A DNA stretch of 64,000 nucleotides from Candidatus Omnitrophota bacterium (GTDB lineage Bacteria; Omnitrophota; Gorgyraeia; Zapsychrales; Zapsychraceae): NCBI GenBank assembly GCA_029261065.1, contig JAJDCB010000022.1:443-64442 (forward strand), in the 5' to 3' direction. Under the pieces are notes generated by a model that worked only from the letters and a program-made list of their open reading frames with translations, did no database searches and was not told the origin of the DNA. Numbering within the stretch: the stretch's first letter is position 1; every line of letters begins with the position of its first letter. A program made the translations under genes and the position numbers. Below are positions 56,323-64,000 of this stretch, one piece after another.

Positions 56323-56453
56323 AATAATCAAGTTACAAGTTACAAGTTACAAAAAATAATCAAAAACCAGACAACAACAATAACCAAACATTTGGTTATT
56401 TGTAATTGGTCATTGTTTCTTTTTTGTAACTTGTATCTTGTAACTTGTACCTT
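56323..56453. repeat. Heptamer-repeat inverted element 2 (uninterrupted)
   Basis: (AAGTTAC)x3...AATAACCAAA-CA-TTTGGTTATT...TTGTAACTTGTATCTTGTAACTTGTACC. Confidence 0.8.
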
Positions 56454-56471
56454 CTGCGAGGTAATTAAATT

Positions 56472-56867
56472 ATGAAAATTCAAAAACAAATTTTAGACAA
56501 TATTATTAAGCACGCCAAAACCGGCTTGCCTTTAGAAATTTGCGGTTATCTCGCATCAAAAGACGGCGTGGTTATCAAGCATTACGAGCTTACCAACATT
56601 GATCAAAGCGAAGAGCATTTTTCTTTTGATCCAGCAGAACAATTTGCCACCGTTAAAGATGCTCGGGCCAATGGATTAGAATTATCAGCTGTTTATCACA
56701 GTCATCCTGTTACACCCGCGAGGCCATCACAAGAAGATATCAAGTTGGCGTATGATCCAAACATTAGTTATGTGATTGTTTCTATGGCTGAGCGAGAAGG
56801 TGATGTGAAGTCGTTTAAGATTCGTGAGGGTGTTGTTGAGAAGGAAGAGATTGAGGTTGTTAGTTAA
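56472..56867 (+). CDS. JAB/JAMM (M67) metalloprotease (HcyD/Mec-like)
   Basis: PLEICG and YHSHP...ARPSQED JAMM motif. Confidence 0.93.
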   Translation: MKIQKQILDNIIKHAKTGLPLEICGYLASKDGVVIKHYELTNIDQSEEHFSFDPAEQFATVKDARANGLELSAVYHSHPVTPARPSQEDIKLAYDPNISYVIVSMAEREGDVKSFKIREGVVEKEEIEVVS

Positions 56868-56888
56868 TATTTGCTGTTTGACTCTTAT

Positions 56889-56915
56889 GGGATCCCCGCT
56901 TCCGCGGGGACGACA
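56889..56915. repeat. REP-like short hairpin
   Basis: GGGATCCCCGC-TTCC-GCGGGGACGAC. Confidence 0.55.
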
Positions 56916-56947
56916 CTTTAAATTTTACTTGAAGTATATATATTATT

Positions 56948-56985
56948 TGCTATACTTTAAATAAGTTAAAAATAAACTTATTTAA
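56948..56985 (+). promoter_or_regulatory. Extended -10 promoter plus 19-bp operator upstream of sulfite reductase
   Basis: TGcTATACT at 56948-56956, then TTAAATAAGTT-N7-AACTTATTTAA at 56957-56985. Confidence 0.68.
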
Positions 56986-57013
56986 GGGGTAATCCTTTAA
57001 TTGGAGAATTCAT

Positions 57014-59473
57014 ATGATTAAGAAATCAGCTAATGCATTAAAGACTCATACGTTACCAGATAATCTAGGTGATGAAATAAACGTGCTTGAAACTTATGTT
57101 GAGAGGTTTAAGAAAGATGACCTTTCCTTAATGGAATTTAAAGTTCAGCGCGTTCCATTTGGTGTCTATGAGCAACGTAAAAAAGACACTTATATGATTC
57201 GTATTCGTTGTGCAGGTGCCTGTGTTCGCCCTGACCAACTTAAAAAAATTGCAGAGATTTCTCAAGTTCATGGAGCTGATTACATCCATTTAACGTCTCG
57301 CCAAGAAATCCAATTACATTATGTTTTAGTTGATAGTATTGTTCCTGTTATGTGGGAACTTAAAGCCGCTGATTTGGCTTCTCGTGGAGGAGGAGGAAAT
57401 ACGGTTCGAAATATTATGGCTCAAGAAGATGCTGGTATCGCCGAAGATGAGGCTTTTGATGTAACGCCTTATGCCATTGAGTTAACGTCACGTTTAGTTG
57501 TAGAGCCGGATTCTTGGAACTTACCAAGAAAGTTTAAGTTTGCTTTCTCTGGATCTTCCGATGATCGCGGTTATGCAACTCTTCATGATGTTGGTTACAT
57601 CGCCAAAATCAAAGACGGTGTAAAAGGTTTTACTGTTTATGTCGCTGGAGGAATGGGAGCAAAAGCGATGTTAGGAAATCTTTTGTTTGATTTTATTCCT
57701 GATACGGAAGTTTACAATGTTGCTAAGGCCACAAAAAATCTTTTTTACAAAAATGGTAATAGAAAAAATAAACATGCCTCACGCCTACGTTTTTTGTGGA
57801 AACAATTAGGTGGAGATGAGTTTAAACGTATCTTTTTTGAAGAATACGAAGCTGTAAAGAAAGAAAACTATCTACCTCTAGCTGTAAAAGATATTGATAA
57901 TGTTGGTATTGACCCGAATTCGGATATTGAACAACCAGCGGATCAAAAAGACTATGAGTTGTGGAAAAAGCGTTTTGTTCAATCACAAAGACAAGAAGGG
58001 CTTAATGCGATTATTTTACCTATTCATTTAGGTCATGTTGATAATGACAAAGCGATTAAACTTGCTGAGTTTTTGATGCCATTTGGTGAAAACGTTATCC
58101 GTATTCGAAAAGATCAAAACTTTTTGATCAGAAATATTATGGATAAATATCTACCGAATCTTTATAACATGTTGAAAGATACATTTGATAACTTTAATAG
58201 ACCATTTATCATTGATAAAGTTTTAGCCTGTGCCGGTGCCTCAACATGCCAATTGGGTATTTGTTTATCACCTGGAGCAGCTACTGCAACCAAAAGATAT
58301 TTAGAAACTTGTGATCTTGATTTGGATGCGGTTTCAGATGCCAAAGTTAACATCTCAGGATGTCCAAACTCTTGTGGTCAGCACCATGTGGCTGATTTAG
58401 GTTTCTTTGGAAAGGTAGCGCGCCGAGGAGATAAGGTTCATCCAGCATATAATGTCTTAGTCGGTTCTCTTGTCAAAGAAGGCGAAACCGAATTTGCTCA
58501 AAAAGTAGGAGAGATTGCCGCACGCGATATGCCTTTTATTACAAAAGCTGTTTTTAAATCTTATTTAGGAAAAAGAGCGAAATACGAAACCTTTAGAGAT
58601 TATATGCGTAGTGATGAAGGTAAAGAAGACGTAAAAGCTCTTTGTGTGAAATATAAATCGGACATTCCTGATTATGAAGTGGATAAAAATTATTATCTTG
58701 ATTGGGGAACTGATAAAACGTTTTCAGTAGCTGAACGTGGTAAGGGTGAATGTTCAGCCGGGATTTTTGATTTGATTGAAAGTGATTTAGGTCACATTCA
58801 ACAAGCCAAAAAACTTCTTGAGGAAATTAATGAAAATGGTGGTGATATTGGGCAAAAGCAAACGCTGTTAAGAGACGTCATTTATTATAGCGCTCGAATC
58901 CTTTTGATTTCAAAGGCGCTTGAGCCGCAGAATGAAAAAGAAGTTTACAGTTATTTCCGTGAGCATTTTATCAATACGGGATTAATTGCTGCTTCCTTTG
59001 ATGAGATCATTAAATTAGCGGAAGCCGGAGATTTTAAGACGTTGATCGAAAAAGAAGATCAAGTGTTTGCCTTGGCAGATCGTCTTAAATACCTTTATGA
59101 TGTCATGGATAGTGCCTTTCGATATAAACTTAAAGAGGGCGACAGTCTTCATAACGATAAGGTTGATTTTATTCCTGTGGTCCATCAAGCGGCAAGTGCG
59201 TCTGCCAAAGCTAAGACAGCCTCAACGACAGCAACAAAAACCGCAGATCCTGCTTTAGTCAAAGATTTTCGAGGCGTGGGTTGTCCAATGAACTTTGTGA
59301 AGACAAAGATGGAGTTGGCAAAACTCAAGTCTAAAGATATTCTTGAAATATGGTTAGACGATGGCCAACCGATTGAAAATGTCCCTGGTTCCGTTCGTGA
59401 AGAAGGGCATACTGTTTTAGAACAACAAAAGACGGATGAAGGTTATTGGTCCGTTGTTATAGAGAAGCAATAA
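57014..59473 (+). CDS. sir: Siroheme/[4Fe-4S] sulfite reductase fused to a C-terminal TusA domain
   Basis: GVYEQR, LPRKFK, ACAGASTCQLG and SGCPNSCGQH; C-terminal DFRGVGCPMNFVKTK. Confidence 0.88.
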   Translation: MIKKSANALKTHTLPDNLGDEINVLETYVERFKKDDLSLMEFKVQRVPFGVYEQRKKDTYMIRIRCAGACVRPDQLKKIAEISQVHGADYIHLTSRQEIQLHYVLVDSIVPVMWELKAADLASRGGGGNTVRNIMAQEDAGIAEDEAFDVTPYAIELTSRLVVEPDSWNLPRKFKFAFSGSSDDRGYATLHDVGYIAKIKDGVKGFTVYVAGGMGAKAMLGNLLFDFIPDTEVYNVAKATKNLFYKNGNRKNKHASRLRFLWKQLGGDEFKRIFFEEYEAVKKENYLPLAVKDIDNVGIDPNSDIEQPADQKDYELWKKRFVQSQRQEGLNAIILPIHLGHVDNDKAIKLAEFLMPFGENVIRIRKDQNFLIRNIMDKYLPNLYNMLKDTFDNFNRPFIIDKVLACAGASTCQLGICLSPGAATATKRYLETCDLDLDAVSDAKVNISGCPNSCGQHHVADLGFFGKVARRGDKVHPAYNVLVGSLVKEGETEFAQKVGEIAARDMPFITKAVFKSYLGKRAKYETFRDYMRSDEGKEDVKALCVKYKSDIPDYEVDKNYYLDWGTDKTFSVAERGKGECSAGIFDLIESDLGHIQQAKKLLEEINENGGDIGQKQTLLRDVIYYSARILLISKALEPQNEKEVYSYFREHFINTGLIAASFDEIIKLAEAGDFKTLIEKEDQVFALADRLKYLYDVMDSAFRYKLKEGDSLHNDKVDFIPVVHQAASASAKAKTASTTATKTADPALVKDFRGVGCPMNFVKTKMELAKLKSKDILEIWLDDGQPIENVPGSVREEGHTVLEQQKTDEGYWSVVIEKQ

Positions 59474-59505
59474 TAAAAGTTATGTAGGTACCTATTTTTT
59501 TTGAA

Positions 59506-59826
59506 ATGGTATTTTTTCTAAAATACAAATCCATTAATGCGCAACAAGCAAAGAAGCTGCTTGATGAGAATCAAATAACATTAGTGGATACTCGCGAGCA
59601 TGAATCTTACCAAAAGTCTCATATTCCTGGGGCGATACATATTCACGATAATAATATTCATCAGCTGGATAGTTCAATAGATAAGACAAAGCCTATCCTT
59701 TGTTATTGTTATAAAGGAAAGGGAAGTCGATTAGTCTGCAAAAAATTATATAAGGCTGGGTTTCGCTTGGTATTTAACTTAAAGGGTGGATACGAGTCAT
59801 GGGAGATTGTATTTTCCACATTATGA
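59506..59826 (+). CDS. Single-domain rhodanese (GlpE-like)
   Basis: VDTRE, HIPGA, CYKG and LKGG. Confidence 0.85.
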   Translation: MVFFLKYKSINAQQAKKLLDENQITLVDTREHESYQKSHIPGAIHIHDNNIHQLDSSIDKTKPILCYCYKGKGSRLVCKKLYKAGFRLVFNLKGGYESWEIVFSTL

Positions 59827-61304
59827 AAAACACTAATAAACTCAAAAAGTACTATGCTAATATCGATTATATAAGATTGAATCCATTCTTTTTAATATTC
59901 TTTATTATTACCCTCTGGGCCTCCGTCAGCTTTGCAGACGCGGTTTACCTTCGACGAGGTGCTAAAATTATTGGAGAAATTGTTAGATATAACAATGAAG
60001 GCGTCAGCATTCAAGGGCAGGAAATTCTTTATTCTTATCCGTGGAATCATGTTGATCACATAGAGATTTTTTCTTTGAGGGATAAATTAAAGAAAAAGGA
60101 GCAGGTGCAGTTGTCTAAACATAAGGAAGATATTAGTCATTCAAAGAATCTTTATGCGCGAGCTCGTTCTTTAGTGAAAATACCAGCGCCGGGTTTTGGA
60201 CGCAAAACAAAATATTCCCTTTATGATCTTCAGAAGATTCTCTTGGGTTTTGATAAAGAAGACCCTCAAGTGTTGGCTTTATTGTTATTCAATTATGAGG
60301 CCATTGATTTATTTAAGAAAGCAATTGATCATTCGAGTGATAGGGATAGTGGGTACATTAGAAAGTTCCAACCGCTCTTTACTCTTCTTTTAATTCAAGC
60401 CCAAGATTATTTAGTGAATGGTCAAACAGCTAAGGCCGAGGAAAACTATAGATCTGCTGCTAAATTCATAAGGTTTCTTTGGCAAAGAGAAAATGCAAAA
60501 TATTCTTTCAATTCTTCTTCAATAAATGATCCAGCAACCTTGGACCGATGTCTCGATGATTTCTCACTCGAAATTTTGAAGGCCATGCAAGCCAATCAAC
60601 TGAGTAAAACATTTTATGAAAGCATTATCAAAGAATTGACAACGGTTAAAATTAGTGCAGAATCAGGAAAAATCCATCTGGCAGATGTATATCTTTATAC
60701 CGACAAGGAAATTAAAAAGGAAATGAGGGGTCTTGACCCGAGACTTTGGGACTCCGTTGAGGAGTACGCGCTCTTTTTTATGATCTTGGCAGATACGCCT
60801 CAACAGCAAAAAGAAATGAAAGAAGAGTTGCAAAGTTATTTTAAAGACCTTGATGCCAAAGATTCATCGGTATTTTTTCCAACATCAAACCACTATATTG
60901 CCGGTTCCATTCGCGCCTATTACCGTATTGCCGCAAAACATCACAATCTTTTATTGGCCGCAGCGATTCAAGCTTATCGAATGGAGTACAAAGATTTTCC
61001 GGAAAGCTTAAACGATTTGATTCCGAAATACCTGTCAGAGCTCCCGGTTGATCCATTTCGTAATTTTGAGCCAGTCACGTATTTAAAGAAGGAGAATGAT
61101 TTTTTACTCTACAGTATTGGACCTGATCTCATTGACCAAAAGGGGAAAATTGTGAGCCGTGATTATGGCAATGGTTGGGACAGTGTTGGTGATATTCTTT
61201 GGGGAAAAGATTATTCATTAAGAAGATTAGATACAAAGACAATCCCAGAAGAAGAGAAGGTCCCGGCAGATACTGTGCTTCCCGGCGGGCGCCGTACTCG
61301 CTAA
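59823..61304 (+). CDS. Hypothetical exported protein with pseudopilin-like C-terminal motif
   Basis: N-terminal TM/signal; FPESLNDL.PKYL..LPVDPF and LYSIGPD motifs. Confidence 0.6.
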   Translation: MKNTNKLKKYYANIDYIRLNPFFLIFFIITLWASVSFADAVYLRRGAKIIGEIVRYNNEGVSIQGQEILYSYPWNHVDHIEIFSLRDKLKKKEQVQLSKHKEDISHSKNLYARARSLVKIPAPGFGRKTKYSLYDLQKILLGFDKEDPQVLALLLFNYEAIDLFKKAIDHSSDRDSGYIRKFQPLFTLLLIQAQDYLVNGQTAKAEENYRSAAKFIRFLWQRENAKYSFNSSSINDPATLDRCLDDFSLEILKAMQANQLSKTFYESIIKELTTVKISAESGKIHLADVYLYTDKEIKKEMRGLDPRLWDSVEEYALFFMILADTPQQQKEMKEELQSYFKDLDAKDSSVFFPTSNHYIAGSIRAYYRIAAKHHNLLLAAAIQAYRMEYKDFPESLNDLIPKYLSELPVDPFRNFEPVTYLKKENDFLLYSIGPDLIDQKGKIVSRDYGNGWDSVGDILWGKDYSLRRLDTKTIPEEEKVPADTVLPGGRRTR

Positions 61305-61351
61305 AACAGAATATTTTAATTAACAAATAGTATCAGAAGTGACCGTCACCT

Positions 61352-62377
61352 TTATTTAGAGTATTTTTTGATGAGAGTATCGATATCGGTTTGGTGAAGG
61401 TCTAAATCTTTTGTTTTAAGAAACTCTTCGGTATAGAGTTTGGAGAAGGAACGTTCTCCTAGATCACAGCTGAAAGTAACAATGCGTTTGCCTGGACCAT
61501 TTTCAATAGCAATTTTTAGGGCACCTGCAAGATTAAGAGCAGAGCTACTTCCTAATAAAATACCGTCGTGTTGTCTGACATATTGAGAGATGGTTACTAA
61601 GTCTTGATCGGGGAGGCTAAAGGCTTCATCAATCTGGGCTTTGGCAAAGTTAGCAACTAAACGCATAATCCCAATGCCTTCGGTGATCGATCCGCCTTCA
61701 GATTTAAATTCTTTGGTATGAACATAAGAGCAGAGTCCGGAACCACCTGGATCAACAAGAACGACTTTTAGGTTTGGTAGTTTTTCTTTAAGGAAAGAGG
61801 AGCAGCCTCCAATTGTGCCACCAGTTCCAGCGACGGAGACAAGATAATCAAGTTTTCCATCCGTTTGTTCCAAGATTTCAGGGCCAGTTCGTGTATAATG
61901 AGCTTTGTAGTTGCTTAAGTTTTCAAATTGATTCGCCCACCAGTATTTGTCAGAATCTTCTTCAGCTAAACGGCGAGCGGTGTGATAGAAATGGTTTTCG
62001 TTTTTAAAAGGGCAGGGATCAACCAATTTTAATTGGGCGCCATGAAGTTCGATCATACGTTGTTTTTCAATGGCTTGGTTGTTGGGCATAACGGCTAAGC
62101 AGTCATACCCTAAAGCCTTGGCCACTAAAGCGAGACCAATACCGGTGTTACCCGCTGTTCCTTCAACAATGGTCATACCTTTTTTTAGCTGACCAGACTC
62201 AATCGCATCAAGCGTCATTTGAAGGGCGGCGCGATCTTTAATGGAGCCACCGGGGTTTAGATGTTCGCATTTGACAAAGATGTCGCAACCAGTAAGTTCA
62301 CTAAGGGAAGGCACACGCAGTAACGGCGTGTTACCGATAAGTTCTGATAGATTTTTTGCTGGGGTGGATGTATTCAT
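61352..62377 (-). CDS. cysK: Cysteine synthase family (PLP) enzyme
   Basis: IGNTPL, NPGGSIKDR, EGTAGNTG and AGTGGT; start probably ATG 62377. Confidence 0.88.
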   Translation of the reverse strand: MNTSTPAKNLSELIGNTPLLRVPSLSELTGCDIFVKCEHLNPGGSIKDRAALQMTLDAIESGQLKKGMTIVEGTAGNTGIGLALVAKALGYDCLAVMPNNQAIEKQRMIELHGAQLKLVDPCPFKNENHFYHTARRLAEEDSDKYWWANQFENLSNYKAHYTRTGPEILEQTDGKLDYLVSVAGTGGTIGGCSSFLKEKLPNLKVVLVDPGGSGLCSYVHTKEFKSEGGSITEGIGIMRLVANFAKAQIDEAFSLPDQDLVTISQYVRQHDGILLGSSSALNLAGALKIAIENGPGKRIVTFSCDLGERSFSKLYTEEFLKTKDLDLHQTDIDTLIKKYSK

Positions 62378-62441
62378 AAGATTATGAATCAAAGTATATC
62401 TTGGAAGGGAAATCTGGTCAAGTTTATATTGAAAGGGGATC

Positions 62442-63233
62442 ATGGATAAATATCAGATTCTTGGAATTGTGCTTTTTACACTTATTCTTCTCGCGGAGAA
62501 CTTCTTTCCCTATAGAAAGCATTATAAGCACCGGATGCGACATTATGGACGTAACACTGTTTTATCAGCCGTGAATGGATTGATTATGGGATTGTCTGGG
62601 GCCTATATCACCGTGCATGTCTTTTTATGGGTGGCTGAGAATAAGATAGGAATGCTTAATCAATTTGAAGCCTCATTTGTTATTAAAGCTATCTTGGCTT
62701 TTTTGATCTTTGATGCGTGGACTTATTTCTGGCATCGGATCAATCATGTGATTCCTTTTCTGTGGCGATTTCATCGTGTGCACCACAATGATCCGGCGAT
62801 GGATGTTAGTACTGCGCTACGATTCCATCCAATCGAAATATTGTTATCAGCCATTATTAATCTCGGTATCATTGCGGCCTTTGGGATTCGCCTGGAGCAT
62901 CTCATCGTCTATAAACTTATTTTTCATACCAATGTTTTTTTCCATCACAGTAACGTCGCTATTTCTGATTCCGTTGATAAGATGTTACGTTACATCATCG
63001 TGACACCCAATATGCATAAAGTGCATCACTCCTGCAAACAAGAAGAAACAGATTCAAACTTTGCGAGTATTCTCTCATGGTGGGATCGTTTATTTGGTTC
63101 TTATTGTGAACGTGATCCAAAGTCGATTATATTTGGATTAGACTCTTATATGGAAGAGCGATGGCAAACCGTTAAGGGGTTGTTTAAGTTGCCGTTTGCA
63201 GGGCCTTGTAAGAAAAAAGAAGATAACGGTTAA
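62442..63233 (+). CDS. Sterol desaturase / fatty acid hydroxylase family
   Basis: His boxes HRINH, HRVHH, HHSN and HKVHH. Confidence 0.9.
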   Translation: MDKYQILGIVLFTLILLAENFFPYRKHYKHRMRHYGRNTVLSAVNGLIMGLSGAYITVHVFLWVAENKIGMLNQFEASFVIKAILAFLIFDAWTYFWHRINHVIPFLWRFHRVHHNDPAMDVSTALRFHPIEILLSAIINLGIIAAFGIRLEHLIVYKLIFHTNVFFHHSNVAISDSVDKMLRYIIVTPNMHKVHHSCKQEETDSNFASILSWWDRLFGSYCERDPKSIIFGLDSYMEERWQTVKGLFKLPFAGPCKKKEDNG

Positions 63234-63338
63234 TTTCGCAGAAAAAATTATTTTGACGAAATTCTTTCCTTTCCCTATAATGAGGACCTTCACACAAGGG
63301 AAATAACAAATCATTAATTACATTTAAGGAGCGATATT

Positions 63339-63974
63339 ATGGCTTTAAGATTAGGTGATACAGCGCCAGATTTCACGGCGGAAACAACAGAGGGGACTAT
63401 TAATTTTCATGAATGGTTGGGGACAAGTTGGGGTATTCTTTTTTCTCATCCTAAAGATTTCACGCCTGTGTGTACAACGGAGTTGGGTAAGGTTGCCAAG
63501 CTTAAAGGCGAGTTTGATAAAAGAGAGGTTAAAGTTATTGGGCTTAGTGTTGATAGTTTAGAGTCGCATCAAAAATGGGTGCCGGACATCAATGAAACAC
63601 AAGGGACAGCCGTTAACTTTCCTTTAATTGCGGATCCTGAAAGAAAGACAGCTATCCTTTATGATATGCTTGATCCTCAATCAGAAAATAATCTAACAGC
63701 ACGATCTGTTTATATTATTGGGCCTGATAAAAAAATTAAATTGATGATCGTATATCCTGCTTCAACAGGAAGAAATTTTGAAGAGGTTTTAAGGGCTATT
63801 GATTCCGTTCAATTAACAGCCAACTTTAGTGTCGCCACACCTGCGGATTGGAAAGATGGTGGAGAATGTATTATTGTTCCATCTGTGTCTGATGAAGATG
63901 CCCAAAAGAAATTTCCTAAAGGATTTAATCGGGTTAAGCCTTATCTTAGAACAACACCACAACCTAATCGGTAA
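63339..63974 (+). CDS. 1-Cys peroxiredoxin (Prx6)
   Basis: FSHPKDFTPVCTTE, YPASTGRN and ATPADW. Confidence 0.95.
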   Translation: MALRLGDTAPDFTAETTEGTINFHEWLGTSWGILFSHPKDFTPVCTTELGKVAKLKGEFDKREVKVIGLSVDSLESHQKWVPDINETQGTAVNFPLIADPERKTAILYDMLDPQSENNLTARSVYIIGPDKKIKLMIVYPASTGRNFEEVLRAIDSVQLTANFSVATPADWKDGGECIIVPSVSDEDAQKKFPKGFNRVKPYLRTTPQPNR

Positions 63975-64000
63975 TTTTTGATAAAAAGACAGAGATTCTG

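Noticed and set aside
55252-56453. CRISPR array
   Set aside because: Repeat unit is 7 nt in inverted arms, there are no 25-40 nt repeats with unique spacers, and no cas genes.
53776-56867. Ubiquitin-like anti-phage system (Bil/CBASS E1-JAB)
   Set aside because: No E2 or CD-NTase; the MetY and sulfite reductase context indicates sulfur metabolism.
2205-63561. Numerous short antisense or alternate-frame ORFs in the track (e.g. 5257-5652, 13334-13735, 23596-24006, 46001-46267, 54290-54712)
   Set aside because: They lie within well-supported genes and have no RBS or motifs; shadow ORFs.

Overview
Low-GC (visually about 35-38%) chromosomal segment of a diderm bacterium, with a TolC, porins and an LpxL-like acyltransferase. 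Several hypothetical families suggest PVC/Omnitrophota, but that is inference. It is a patchwork of accessory modules: two sensor-kinase clusters; HxlR-GST and ArsR-SRPBCC stress units; CusCBA metal efflux; a MarR-headed fatty-acid methylation/furan-fatty-acid-type cluster; cold-shock/DEAD-box genes; porin-FMN-binding protein-feoAAB iron uptake; and a ThiS-like protein-thiocarboxylate sulfur assimilation cluster (carrier, MetY, ThiF, JAMM, Sir-TusA). No rRNA, tRNA, CRISPR array, integrase or transposase was seen. The most notable observations are: (1) a stand-alone bacterial histone-fold gene (34247-34453); (2) two heptamer-repeat inverted elements flanking thiF, one interrupted by tandem GC-rich mini-palindromes inserted at repeat junctions; (3) a four-copy 19-bp operator TAAGTY-N7-RACTTA shared by the porin, feo and sulfite reductase promoters; (4) an unannotated leader-peptide attenuator upstream of a DMT exporter; (5) a His-motif protein/MORN-DUF6745 two-gene module of unknown function; (6) matching structured 5' UTRs on both csp genes. 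All family assignments come from motif recognition by eye, not database searches.
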